The translations under genes and the position numbers were made by a program. The notes below the pieces were generated by a model. It searched no databases. It worked only from the letters and a program-made list of their open reading frames with translations, and had not been told where the DNA came from. A DNA stretch of 63,333 nucleotides, the filler included, from Reclinomonas americana ATCC 50394 (Eukaryota): the NCBI GenBank assembly GCA_048213135.1. It is 20 parts of 20 records of this genome, joined end to end, with 100 filler letters (N's around TTAATTAATTAA, not from the genome) between each part and the next. Parts side by side here need not be neighbours in the genome. Positions count along the whole stretch, not along the records: positions 21,860 to 24,732 come from AFZH01020607.1; positions 24,833 to 27,209 come from AFZH01020608.1; positions 27,310 to 30,066 come from AFZH01020609.1; positions 30,167 to 34,233 come from AFZH01020610.1; positions 34,334 to 39,227 come from AFZH01020611.1; 15 more parts are not named here. The stretch is one strand, 5' to 3'. The stretch's first letter is position 1. Each line of letters starts with the position of its first letter. Below are positions 21,860 through 34,393 of this stretch, piece after piece.

Positions 21860-24706
21860 ATGATCGGCAGTACGCAGCTGGCGTCGTCGGCATCCGTGTA
21901 GGACAGTGGGAAATCGCTGGCCACCCACATGTCGTCGGTTTCGAACGAGGCCAGCACGCCACCCGTGACCGAATTATAAATATGACACCCGCAACCCTCT
22001 CGCAGTGGAGCGTGGCTGTGTGTCACCCGCCCAAGTGAGTGAACGGGCATGCAAGCCAATCAAAAAAGCACATCTTCGCAACATGACGAGGTTGTCGTGC
22101 TTGCCGGTAAGTGGTCGTCGATAGTCGCGCGCAATCTGCGCACTTGTGCGGGCACAGGTCCACACACGAACCTGCGCCACCATTACATCAACATCTCCAC
22201 CAAATGATCGAGTGAGAGAAGAGTCAGCGTCGGCAACTCACCTCGCACAACAGGCCACAAAAGTCAAAAGAATCGTGACCACCGATGAACATGGCGGCAG
22301 TGGAGCGCGGAGGCTCTGGTCCAACTTGTGAAGCCACCAGGCGGCCGTTGCGGTACAGACGCAGTCCACCGCTCTCGTAGGTGGCCGCCAGATGGACCCA
22401 CCGAGTGAAGTCGCCTGGCGGTACCAGGTACGTCGCATACAGCTCCTCCGTGCGCACAAAGTAGCGACCGTCCGAAATTCCAATCTGCATGTCTTGATCG
22501 TTGCCGCGTGACAGAATCCAGTAATGGAAGCCACGCGTTGCCGCCAGCACTGGAGACATTTTGATCCAGGCTGGCAAGACAAAAAAACAATCCGCAGTGT
22601 CAACACCCCGTAACCTGCGTGCGTGCGAGCCAGGTACACGTGCACATACCCTCCATCGTGTGATGCGCATCGGTGGTCACTGGCGTGTTGCAGACGAGAT
22701 CCCACAACAGTGCTCCACATCGAAAGGCTCGCGTTGGGCGCACTGCGCACCGCTGTTGAGTCTGCTGACAGAGGAAAGCAGAGAACCGCATGCAACGCAA
22801 AGAACGCACAGGCTGGCTGCATGCCACTGAGTGTGACGGCTCCGACGCATTTCAGGCCCTGCTCAGGGTCAAACTTGAGAAGCTGGTCCTTGATCGGCTC
22901 GGCGTCGACAAACTCGCCCTGTGCGTGCACCGTCGACTGTCGTGGCGTTGTGCACCCACAGTTCAGTAACACCAACACTCACTGCTCGCAGACACAAAAA
23001 GTCCACTCACCTCGGAGACTCTCGAACGCCGGCGAGGGGAGCGAGACCGACGTTCGAATGACGGCGTCGAGGAACTGGACGAGGAGGAGCCATTGGAACC
23101 CGAGGAGGAGGATGATCGTGACGAAGCGTGCGATGCCGAAGCCACATCTTCGTCGTCGTCCTCAGGGCCATCTTCGCCACTGCGCTCATCAATGTCATCC
23201 ACACTGTGTTCCTCGTCAGCAACTCCGCCACCATCTTCATCTCTGTCATTTGATGCAGACGCCGAATTCAGTCCTCCGTCTTCCACTTCGGGAGAAGCAG
23301 CAGCAGGAGCAGCTGCGTCAACAACAATGGCCGCTACCGGTTCGTTCTCCGCGACCGCATCAGCTGTGCGAGGAAAGCACAGTGTCGGCGCGGACGCACG
23401 CGTAGAGAAGAGAGAGAGTGAGACAAGACGCGTACCGTCTGTCTTGCGACTCTCGAGAACATACAAGAAGCGCCCGTCGGAGAAGATGCGTGATGGAGTG
23501 GCCTGCATCATAACACCAGTGAGAACGCCGATCAATGCGCATTAACGTGCGATCGCAGCGGTGCGACGCAACCGCAGCGGCTGGTACCAGGCCGGCAGCG
23601 CTGTTGTCGGCACATACGAATGATCCGCTGCCGTCGGCACGAACCTCGCCCAACACCTACCACGCAGTGAGAAACGAATAATAGATTCGCAGTGTCGATG
23701 CCCCACTCACCTCCAACGACGACGCGTCGAGAACAAGCAGACATACGCCACTCGGTAGTGAAGGCGATCGGTAGTACAGTCGCGCACCGACCAGAGCGAG
23801 AGAGCCTTGCTCGTGTCCACGACCCACCGCAGCGTTTGTGGCCACCACAGAGCCGGCGCCGTAGCTCCCAAGACCCGACCCAATTTTGACTGTATCCATA
23901 TGAGACACGGTGAGGAGAAACACAGGCATGTACACAATGGAGCGACTAACGCCACACGAACCCAGTCCCAACGAGCTCTCGACGACAAAAATGCAATCGA
24001 CACCGGCAACCAAATCCAAAATGCGCTCATACACAATGCCCACGGCAGTCGGCACCTTCCACGTGCCCCTCACATTCTCCAACACCGGGTACGAGAGTCG
24101 CTCCGCCGGCGCAGTGATCTGCGTCTCCAGCCATGCATGTGAGCAACACGCCATTACACACAGTGAGGGCCTCCTCCCCAACCTGATGCAAGTTTGCGAA
24201 TCGTGCCAATGCCGACGGAGGCGCTCCAGGCTGCTGCTGCTGCTGCTGCTCCTGCTGCTGCCGAAGCAGGTACAGCACCAAGTGCAGCAGGTGCACCAGC
24301 GAGCCACGCACCACCGCCAGATGCGCCAGCACACCCAATGCCGGTTTCGCCACGGGATCCTGCGCGTCGTTCTGCACCAGCGGCAACAGAAACTGCAGCA
24401 AGTCACTCATCACATGGCGCCACACACGGCCACCAGGCAGCGCCGGATCATCCGCCAACGCCAACGGATGCACAGCCGCCAGCTGCGCCTCGAGAGCCGT
24501 CAACACAGCCACCGCCAGTTGCGGAACCACCGAATGTCGCAGTCCCTCCAGCAGCGCCAACACCATGGCGAATCCGGCCTGCACCCCGACCTCCACCGAC
24601 ACGTTGCCATCCTGTGCGCTGCCGTATGCACGCGCGAGGATCTCGGAGAGAGTCGACTTGGCCGCACTCAGCGTCTGCGCGAGTGTGAGCTCGAACCCGA
24701 GCACAC
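21860..24706 (-). CDS. Giant HECTD4/HERC1/PHR-like E3 ligase N-terminal region containing a LamG/concanavalin-like domain (partial, multi-exon)
   Basis: ALGVLAHLAVVRGSLVHLL and KIGSGLGSYGAGSVVATN...GSLALVGARLYYRS match the N-terminal motifs of these ligases. LamG motif RWVHLAATYESGGLRLYRNG...MFIGG at about 22240-22570. Confidence 0.6.
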
Positions 24707-24832
24707 ACAGAGTTGTCTTTTTTGCATGCCCANNNNNNNNNNNNNNNNNNNNNNNNNNNNNNNNNNNNNNNNNNNNTTAATTAATTAANNNNNNNNNNNN
24801 NNNNNNNNNNNNNNNNNNNNNNNNNNNNNNNN

Positions 24833-25842
24833 AGCCACACACGTGCAGGAACCGTCGCCAGTGGCACCGTCGCTGCAGGTGCCTTCGTTCTGACACGCAC
24901 ATTGGCCTGCGTAGCAAAGGAGACAACAAAAAAAAAGATGTAGCGAATTAAGTTAATGAGAAAGAGAGTGAAAGAGAGAAAGTGAGTGAACGTGAGTGAA
25001 AGAGTGTCATAAGAGTGGGAAGTGAGTGAAAGAGTGAGAAGAGTGAAAGAAGAGTGAGTAGAGTGCGTAAAAGAGTGTCAAAGAGCGAGAAATGAGTGGA
25101 AGGGTGAGAAAACAAGAAACAGGAGAAAAGAGTGAAACAGAGTGAAACATTGAGAAAATGGCAAGATGAGTGAGAAAAGTGAGGGGAAAGAGTGAGCAGA
25201 GTGCGTGCGAGAGCGAGATAATACACAGGCGGACAGGAGTTGGTGGGGGTGGTCGGAAAAACTCACCAGTGCAGTCGGCGCCAAAGTAGCCCGCACTGCA
25301 TGTGCACTTGTCGCTAGTACCGGCAGAGCCCATGGGGTTGCAGGTGCCAGCAGGCAGCATGGTGGTCATGTCGATGGTGGTGACGTTGCTGCGAGTTTCG
25401 CACATTGTGAGGAAAGATTCGAAGGTGCGGGGAGGCACGCACACATATGCACACACAAACCAGTCAGTGTCGGCGTTGCAGCCGCAGTCGCTGCCAGTCT
25501 GAGGGGCCGTGCAATCCGCTGTGTGTGTGTGAGAGAGAGAAAGAGAGTGAGTTGGGCGCGTCGACATGTCTTGTGCGGGAGAAATGAGGCAACAAGACAC
25601 ACACGACGACAAGCTGAATGTGAACCGCGCGCGTGGAATAAGAGATGAGGATGGAAGAGAGAGAACAAGAAAGAAAGAGAGAGAGACACACACACACACA
25701 CGCAAAAAGGATAAAAACTATGTGCGCGTGGCCTCGAGCTCTTGCTTCCTTTGCACTCACCGTGCGCCTGGTTGCTGGAGCAGGCGAGCACGAGCAGCAG
25801 CGCGGCGAGCGCGATGAAGAGAGAGGAGGTGTTCGAGTGCAT
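24833..25842 (-). CDS. Secreted/surface EGF-like repeat protein, 3'-partial
   Basis: Signal peptide MHSNTSSLFIALAALLLVLAC. Cys-rich CTCSAGYFGADCT|GQCACQNEGTCSDGATGDGSCTC. Confidence 0.8.
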
Positions 25843-26245
25843 CGATGTTGCCTTGGCTCACACGGGCGAAGGAGATGAATGAATGAAGTTTTTCCGATGT
25901 TCCAAAAATGGTGGCAAGACTTTTTCGGTGCGGACCCGTCGATCCGCAGTCCATCCTGTAGAAACAAAGAGTGCCACATGCGCTGCGGGCGTAGTCTGCG
26001 GCCAACAGAACGCGCCACAGAGTGCTGAAGCTGCGATCGCGATGACTTTTTGCGAAATTGTGCCCCACGGAGATCAAGTTTGGTGGCGTTGACACACCGT
26101 GCGCCGCGACCTCACGCCGCAGTGCGCGCTGCGAGTCAGTCAACTGACATCATGCGCGAGGCACCGAGCATCTTCGTTCGCCCGAGAGAGGGACAGGCAC
26201 GCTCGCGCATATGCATTCGATATTCGCACTGTCCACTCTCTCATC

Positions 26246-27511
26246 ATGCGCGCCTTCACCACCGCTCTCCTTCTCCTGCTCATCCTTGCACTTGTCGCCG
26301 CCCGTGGCGTGGCGGCAAGCGACGAGCACGACATGACGGCTCATGAATACGAAGGTTTCGTCACCGCTGCGGCTCTGTCTGATTTTTTCGCTGCGTCCGC
26401 TGTGAGCGCTCAGGCCGCAGCGCACGCCCGACATCTGTATCTGTGTGTGTCTCTCTCCCTCCCTCTCCCTCTCCCTCCCTCCCTCCCTCCGCATCCTGTT
26501 GGTGTGCTGAATCTACGTACTTTTGATGCCGCGAATCTGATGGTTTATTCTGGTCCGCAGTGCGTGTGTGTGCGCAGCGGTGGATCGCACCGCCACAGGC
26601 ACATGGCTGTACTATGTCTTGTCTCTCTGCGCTCCTCCTTTTGTATGTGACGGGGGCGCTCGTCTTAAGTGGCCATTTCACGGTCCATGTTCTGCGGTCA
26701 CGATCGCACACGTACACGCGCGCCATCATCTCTGTGAGACACGGCATGTCTTCGCTCGTGTGCTTCGTCCCTCGCATTCACAGTCTTTCCATGAGTCACT
26801 TTCCGCCGTTTTTTTGAGTCGGCGGACACACTCTGCCGTGCGCACTCTGTATGGTTCTCTTTAATTATCCCGCGTGGAATCACACCACATCCTCTCTGTT
26901 TCCTGGCGGGCCGTGAGAAGACGACTGACCCACTCATATATTCTTCATTGATGAATCGCAGGCGAGGAGCCGACAGCAGCAAGTTCTCGGACACCGCTGG
27001 CCACTGCCACTTCAAACCCACCTCCTTACGGCGCGTTTTCCACCGATCGCGGTGGTGTCTTGTCGCTGCCGCCGCCTCAAGCGTACATTGGTATCAACGA
27101 GATCGAAATTCACGCTCACCTGGACAGAGTGTGCAAGCCCACCGGTGTGGTGAACGACTATGTGTGGCCAGCGACCAGCTCCCGCGGCTCGAAGCCATCC
27201 GTGATCAATNNNNNNNNNNNNNNNNNNNNNNNNNNNNNNNNNNNNNNNNNNNNTTAATTAATTAANNNNNNNNNNNNNNNNNNNNNNNNNNNNNNNNNNN
27301 NNNNNNNNNGGCACCGGCCGTGGCCCTACGTTGCATGCATCGCGCAGGTGAAGGGCGCCGACGCTGGTGTTTATGTGTGTTTTGTTTTTCAACACCAACG
27401 ACAATTCATTTGTTTTTGGTGTATGGATCAGTGAAAGTTCTTATTTTTTGTTCACTGCCATACAAGCAGGATGACCAAGTCCAGCGTTATGAACGCAAAC
27501 GCCTGTCTTGA
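26246..27511 (+). CDS. Secreted hypothetical protein, multi-exon, spans a gap
   Basis: Signal peptide MRAFTTALLLLLILALVAARGVAA. Exon at about 26962-27209 (YIGINEIEIHAHLDRVC). Probable last exon DDQVQRYERKRLS* ends at 27511. Confidence 0.5.
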
Positions 27512-28321
27512 ACGGCAGCTCGCTTGGTTTTCTTGCGTTCGAATTCGCTCGAGGAGAAAACAACACTGCATTCACCACATGCCCCTTCTTGAACACATCG
27601 AGAACTGCGATATCTACCACGGCGTATTACAGCGTGATTGAGCCACTCATAGACACTCAGAGTTTTCTGAGGTCCTCCCGAGCACGCGATGCATTTGATG
27701 GCTCCAGTTTTTCGAAAACAGGAGACGTATGTGTCGACGAGAAACGCACCATGCATGCCGATGCATGGCATGATCGCCCACGACGAGGAACTGTCAACAC
27801 GGAGAGTGGTGGTCCCACACACCGTCCACTCGCAGCAGACGTCGACAGTGACTTTCATTGGCGCGAAGTCAGATTCATGCATATATCAATGTACATGTTT
27901 TCACCGGTACCCCTCCTGGTCTTCTGAGAACGCCTACATTGCTTTTTCTGAATTTACACAGTAGCCCAGCAAAGCGCCTACCAGATGACCTCTGGCACAA
28001 CATCAGCGCTTCGGTCAAAGGGGTCGGCACGACGACAACAAAATGTAACGTCGACGTCCGGTCACATGCGTGATTCTCCCCCGCGGAAGGTCGCCGCGCT
28101 GATTCACAAACAGCACTCTGCAGCTCGTTCTGTGGGCCACACAATGAGCCCCTACGGCGCACGCAAGCAGACGACGCTGAAGCAGCTCCACATTTGGAAA
28201 TCACATTCGAAGCAATACGGCATCAATCACGAAGATGCGCGGCGTCGTCGATTTGATTCACCCAGTGACCGATCAAGAACCGCACACACACACAACACAC
28301 ACGCACGCCGAGCAGGCCAAC

Positions 28322-29858
28322 ATGAACCAGCCAGAAGAGCGGCTGAGCGCCCGCATGCGCGCACTGCTCGCAGTGCTGCGAGCGGTGCTGCCCGAGCTGC
28401 ACGGCTACCCCTCTGCCGCCGTGCTCGCCAGAGTTCGTGCCGCACTTGGTGAGTGCCCAAAAACACCACGCACACTCTCGCTGCCCACTCTCACACACAC
28501 ACACATGCGCGCACAGATGAGATACAACCCGGGGACGTCAACCTCGCCGCGCTTGCGGCTCACGCGGCAGGCACTGGCGAGTGCGGCATCCACTACGAGC
28601 ACATCGCCTCAGAGACCCACCGCCCCTCGCCGCCTCTTCGGCCCTCTATCCCCAACGAGTCAGTCTCCATGATGGACGACGAGAGCGGTGGCGGCAGCGC
28701 AGCAACAGCAGTGTGTGCGATGCTAGTCGACGATGACGACGAGAGCGTCCCCAGGAAAGATGCAGCATCTGCGCGCGTGGATTCGCTGTCGTCAGCTGCA
28801 AGGATAAGTGTTCGTGGAGAGGGCATGGATGAGGGAGGGACGATGGGATCACCAGTGGCGCGGGACGGGGAGTCTGCCGCACGCTGCAGCTCTGGAGATG
28901 GCTATGGATTCAGCGTGGGCTTGTTTGTGTTGGGCATGCATGCGGCAATTCCATTGGTGAGTGTGTACATGTGCATGTGTGTGAGCGTGGAGAGAGGGAG
29001 AGAGAGAGAGAGAGCAGCCTGATGCAGTCCACCGGCAATGTTGGGTTTGCTGATTGCGAAAAGCGTGCAATCTTGACGCTCCCTACGTTGGCTTTGTGTG
29101 AATGATACACTGTGTGCACACGCTTAGCGCGTCTCTCCTTTTGTTGTCTTTCTCTCTCTCTCTCTCTCTGTCTGTTTTCTTTCCGGTGTGAACATACAGG
29201 GTGAGTCGCGTGCGCACTTTTTTGTTGTTGTTGTTGTGTATCATAATATGCCATTATATGTGTGTGCGGGCTCATCGCAGCACGCAATGCATCAGTGTGT
29301 TTTCTGTATGTGTAGCCAGTGCGTGTGTGTGTGTGCATATGTGTATGTGACTTGCGCAAGTGTGCGCGTGTGTGTGTGTGTGTGCTGTTTGTGCGAGCCG
29401 AATGATTGCCTTTTCTTTCCTATTGAGCTGTGTGTGTGAGAGGAGACACGCACTGTTGCTATATGCACTGCGAGAGAGGGAGTGGGTGGAGTGAGTGTGC
29501 CTTTTTGCGTGAGGCAGATGCGAGTGCGCATGAAGCATCTTGTTGTTGTTACGTTATTCGCACATTTTGTTCTCTCTGTCATGAGCGTGTGGGTGCACCC
29601 GGCTGCTTTTCCTTGCCGCATCTTGCGTTCGATCGCACGTCCTCTGTGCTTTTGCTTGGCACTATACACCATCTCCTCTCGCGAGTCCTGTTTGTGGAGT
29701 GAGCAGACAGCGAGAGAGAGCGGTGGGTTCGCGTTCGCTGACCTTTTTCCCCATTTTGTTCTCTCGATAGCATAATCATCCCCAAATGGCAGTCCTCTCC
29801 CGCCTCTTGGTCGGTAGGATTCACGTGACGGCATTTGACTGGGTGGATGTAACATCAG
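28322..29858 (+). CDS. ADO: Cysteamine dioxygenase / plant cysteine oxidase (PCO_ADO) family, exons 28322-28448, 28517-28956, 29771-29858; 3'-partial
   Basis: L|DEIQPGDVNL, IHYEHI and FSVGLFVLGMHAAIPL|HNHPQMAVLSRLLVGRIHVTAFDWV (HxHP iron-binding motif). Confidence 0.88.
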
Positions 29859-30228
29859 GTGCGTGTATGTGTATGTCCAGGTGTGCGCGGGCGCGCGCAT
29901 CCGATTCTTTTCTGGTTTCTTTCTCTCCATGTTTCTCTCTCCCAGTTTTCTTCACAAATTCGCCTTCCTCGCCCCTCTCTTCTTGCTGTCGCTTCTCCCC
30001 CCCCCCCCCCTTCCCTTCGCCCTCCTTCCCTTCTCTGTCTCAGTCGCCCCCCTGTGTCTGCTGTTTNNNNNNNNNNNNNNNNNNNNNNNNNNNNNNNNNN
30101 NNNNNNNNNNTTAATTAATTAANNNNNNNNNNNNNNNNNNNNNNNNNNNNNNNNNNNNNNNNNNNNCAACAACCACACACACACACACACACAAGAGTCT
30201 ACAAACAAATATGTAAAGGCGCGCAGCT

Positions 30229-33192
30229 TCAAGTGCCCGCCGGTGAAAAGAGCGGCTGTGAAGGTGGCGGTGCTTGCGGCGCCTGATCGGTCGACGTGCC
30301 ACGCGGTTGCAACTGACTCAGGTACTGCCGTGTGAACTGCTGTGTACTGCTGCTGCTACCGCTCGATGCACTCTCGCTGTCACGCCCTCGATGTGAGGCC
30401 GCCGCAGCGGCACCATCCCATGGCGACATGGATGGAGCGGGTGCGTCGCGTGCTGCGCCAGCACCAAACCTAAGCTGGGTCGCTTCCTGCGGTGGCGACA
30501 GGGAGGACTCGCGGTGCGGATGATCGACGGCGCCCTGGAAGTAACTCGACGGACGAGTGTCGTCAGTGGCCGACGCCAGTGCCCCGAATGGTGCGCCCTG
30601 TTACGTCCGCACGATAGAGAGTGAGCGACACACACGCACACACACACATGCTTCGACGAGTCACTGTCAAACACACCGGTGGTTTCGAGGCAGAGTCGAA
30701 TCCACGGTAGTTGCTCGACGAGCCGGCACGCAGAACGCTCATATCCGAAGTGCCTACGCGACATGGTTGCTGTTCAGCGCTACCTGATTGCACACACACA
30801 TGCCACACATGCGTCACTCTCACCAATGTCAGAACGCTTGCTGATAAGGGAGACGCTGGGAGTGCCCGCATGACTGCCGAGGGTGCCACTGCTGCCGCCA
30901 CTGCTGCTGCCACCACCACCGATACCCGCATACGAGACGCTCTTGTGAGTGGCGGAGGCGGACGCCGTGAGTGCTCCCGAGCTACCACCAAATTTGGTGC
31001 GTGGCACGTGCGTCTGCAGTGCATGGGTGAGTGCGAGTGTCGAGCACAACGTCAAACCAATGCACGCACACCCACCGTATCATGTGACTGCTCCATGGTG
31101 AATTCGCGTGTGGTGATCATGTGCTTGTTTTGTTGCCGGCTCAAGTGTTGCAGCGCTGCACGCCACGCGTCTCGCGTCAGCAAAATCACCCATGGCCCCC
31201 TCTCTACCTTTTCCCCAACAATACACACCTTGCTCCGACTGCGTCAACCGCTCCTCGGCCTCCTTGAGCAGGTTGGTGCGCATGGTGAGCTCGTCTTGCA
31301 GCTTCTCAATGTCGCGGTCCTTCCAGCTGGACGCTTGCTTCAGCGAGTCCAGCTGCTGCGCGAGACTGGCGTGTTGCGCCTTCAAGTCGTCAATCTGGCT
31401 CTCCTGCCGCTCAATCACGGTCTTCTTCAGCGTGATCTTGTCACGGCGTGCGCGCAGCTCCGCCTGCAGCTTCTGGATAATGTCGTTGCCACGGCGGATC
31501 TCGTTCGACGACTCGCGCAGCTTCTCCTCCAACGCGTGCACATTCGTGCGCAGCATCACTATGGTCTCCTCCAGCGTCGATTTTTGCTCGTCTGTCTGAC
31601 GCGACAGTGCCGCCGTCTTCACCACCAAGTCCTCCTTGTCGAGCACCTGCTGCTCCAGCGCACTCACTGTTGCGCACACGTACATCGTGAGTGACCACAT
31701 GCACCTCAAGAGTACAAGCGCACACACACACAAACCTCGCACGCGCAATTCGCCAATCGTCTTTTCGTGCTCGTGCCGCAGGGTGTCGAGACTGGTGTTC
31801 TGGCTGCGCAGCTTGGCAATGCTGGCGCGGTTGTCTTCCACCTCACTACCGCGGCGCGCATGATTAAGTGTGTGTGGGGGAGAAAAAAGAGAAACGACAC
31901 ACTCCTATTCGGCACACACCGTTCCGACACATCCAGCTTGGCGCCGAGTTCACGACACCGAGCCTCCAGATCCACATTCGCCGTGTACAGCTCCTGCTTG
32001 GTGGTGCGCACGCTCTCGAGATCATGGCGCAGCCGACCGGCTTCCTCACTGAATCGTCGCTGCATGTCCTCGCGTTCCTGCTTGGCCGACGCCTGTGCGT
32101 CGGTCAACTGTCGCAGCGCGTCTGCGCGAAGTGAGTTGACCTCGGCGGCGTGCTGTGTCCTCGTCTCAGCCGTTTCCTGCGCGCACACCCATTCTTAGTG
32201 ACTGCAGAGAGCGGGCATCGGTGCGACCGAGACACACACACACACACCTGCTCGTGATCACGCAGAATGCGATCTAATCTGTCTCGCGCCTCACGCAGCT
32301 CCGCCTCCAGCGTGTGAATGCGCGACGACGATCCATTGTCCAGCGTCTCCAGCTCCTGGTGCGTGTTGAGATACTGATTTTTGAAGTACGCCAGCTGCTC
32401 GGCCATGTGCGCCTGAATCGCTGCATCGTTGCCGTGGCGAAAGTTGAGAATGAGGTGATCCAGATGCTTGAACTGATTGCTCTCAATGATACGCAGGGTC
32501 ACTTTCTGCGCGTCGAGCAGCAGTAGCGCCTGGAATCTGCGCGCGCGGGGTCAGCCACGTCCATGGCAAGTGTCATTCACCGAAATAAAAACAAACCTCG
32601 GCTGCTCCTGAGCATCCGATCGCACACACGACTCGATCAGCTCGAGAAAGTTGGCGGGGAACCGATGAAACTCGACCAGCAGACTCTGCTGCGCCTTCAA
32701 CACCTTGAACTCCTCCTCACTGAGCGCCAACAAGTACACAATGTACGGATCGTCGTCGTTGGTGATCTGCATGTTCAACACCGTCTGCGCATACGAGCCT
32801 GCACACACACACATAGGTCAGCGTCTGGTGGCCGCAGGTGGCGAGCGGATCGACTCACCAGCAGCCTGTCGCCTGACACGAATGGTCAGCCGCTCAATGC
32901 GATCCTCGCGATCCGCCTGCCGCAACCACACCGGCAAGCGACGCTCAAACTCATCCACTGCGCCCTCTCCCGCTGCCGCAGCCGCCGCAGCCGCCGCCGC
33001 ACTCGCATGCCCGCCTCCAGACGACAAGAGCGACGACGCCGACGACGAGGAGAGCACGAGCGGTGACGCCACTTTCGCCTGGTGTCGATGCGGTTGCGAG
33101 CTCATGGGCGATGACAGCGGTGCCGCCCGCGTGAGCAAACTGCCATGCGGGTACGCATTAGACGCTGCTGATGGTGCCGCCGCTGCCGCCAT
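30229..33192 (-). CDS. SASS6: Centriole cartwheel protein SAS-6, multi-exon
   Basis: Head domain ITNDDDPYIVYLLALSEEEFKVLKAQQSLLVEFHRFPANFLELIESC and LRIIESNQFKHLDHLILNFRHGND, followed by a long coiled coil and a low-complexity tail. Confidence 0.93.
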
Positions 33193-33901
33193 GTGTTGCG
33201 TTGCCAAGAATGCGCGCGAAAAACCAAAAAAACGGGTCACCGTCACCAGCAGAACGGAAATCCCTCGTAAGTGGAGGTAACCCTTTCTGCACTGCCAATC
33301 CACCCCCACCCCGGTGTAATAATCGCGTAATTCCTTGGGCTCGGCGACTGCTTATTTTCTCGCAAAAGTCGTGTATGTCGTCGCGCGCGGGGCGAGTCAT
33401 TGTTGCAGGATTTGTTGGCTTTGTCGTGGTTTCATTGGTGGCCACTGCTGGTCTGTCGCGTCTCGCGCCACAGCGGAGAAGAGAAGTTGCGAAGGACGTT
33501 CACGAGTGAGTGAGTGAGTGAGAGGAATTTATATGCACTGACTCTCCGCCAGATTCTGTTGAGCAAGCCGCTTGATCCCGAATGGAAGCCACAGACGCCA
33601 CCGGGAAGCGCTCGGGGTCCAGCGCCGGCGGATCGATAGAAGAGAAGAGAAGAGTTGCGTCTCTCCTCGTCTCATCATCAACAATCATCTCCGCGGAGTG
33701 TGCTGCTTGCTGACGCACATGCAAACGCGCAGTGTGGCGATGATAATCATGACGGGCAGCACCGGTGCAAGAGTCGAGTGCGTGCTCTTCTGCACGGGAT
33801 GTCGCAGCTGGCCACCATTGCGCGACAGTCGTGGTCGTCGTCGTCATCGCCGAGCAAGTGAACTATAGACATTATCATCGTACATTATGTTTCCTTCGCC
33901 A

Positions 33902-34233
33902 CTACCACTTTTGCAGCAGCGCCACGGCTAATGTGAGCACGGAGCGCGCGGGTGTGACGGGAGGTAGTGGATTCGTGGTGGGTGGACAGGGGCTGGTGGC
34001 TGGAGGCACGCGAATGTCGTAGTGGCGAGCGATGAGGACGACGCCGCAGACGGCGGAGACACCGCCAAACAGGTCGATCCACCACATCGGCACCGGCGCG
34101 GTGTGATCGCCGACCAGCGATCGTGTGAGGAACATAATGTCGGCTGTGGCGCGCATGAGAGAACGAGGAGGAGGAGGAGGAGGCGACGAAGAGGACAGGT
34201 ACGTGTTGCACGTACCGACAAAGGGCGCAGCTG
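33902..34233 (-). CDS. 3' end of a membrane transporter, CRT-like/DMT-type last helices
   Basis: AAPFV|ADIMFLTRSLVGDHTAPVPMWWIDLFGGVSAVCGVVLIARHYD resembles the final two helices of CRT-like transporters. Confidence 0.4.
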
Positions 34234-34393
34234 NNNNNNNNNNNNNNNNNNNNNNNNNNNNNNNNNNNNNNNNNNNNTTAATTAATTAANNNNNNNNNNN
34301 NNNNNNNNNNNNNNNNNNNNNNNNNNNNNNNNNTACGAGTGTTTCTGTTGTGGCTTGTGTGTTTCTTTTTGTGACCGTGTGCGACGACTGCAG

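Noticed and set aside
27512..28321. ORFs 27508-27927 and 27487-27882 as genes
   Set aside because: No recognisable motifs or splice pattern; treated as intergenic.
33300..33900. Possible ncRNA/tRNA between SAS-6 and the transporter
   Set aside because: No cloverleaf, convincing C/D or H/ACA boxes, or Sm site could be supported by eye.
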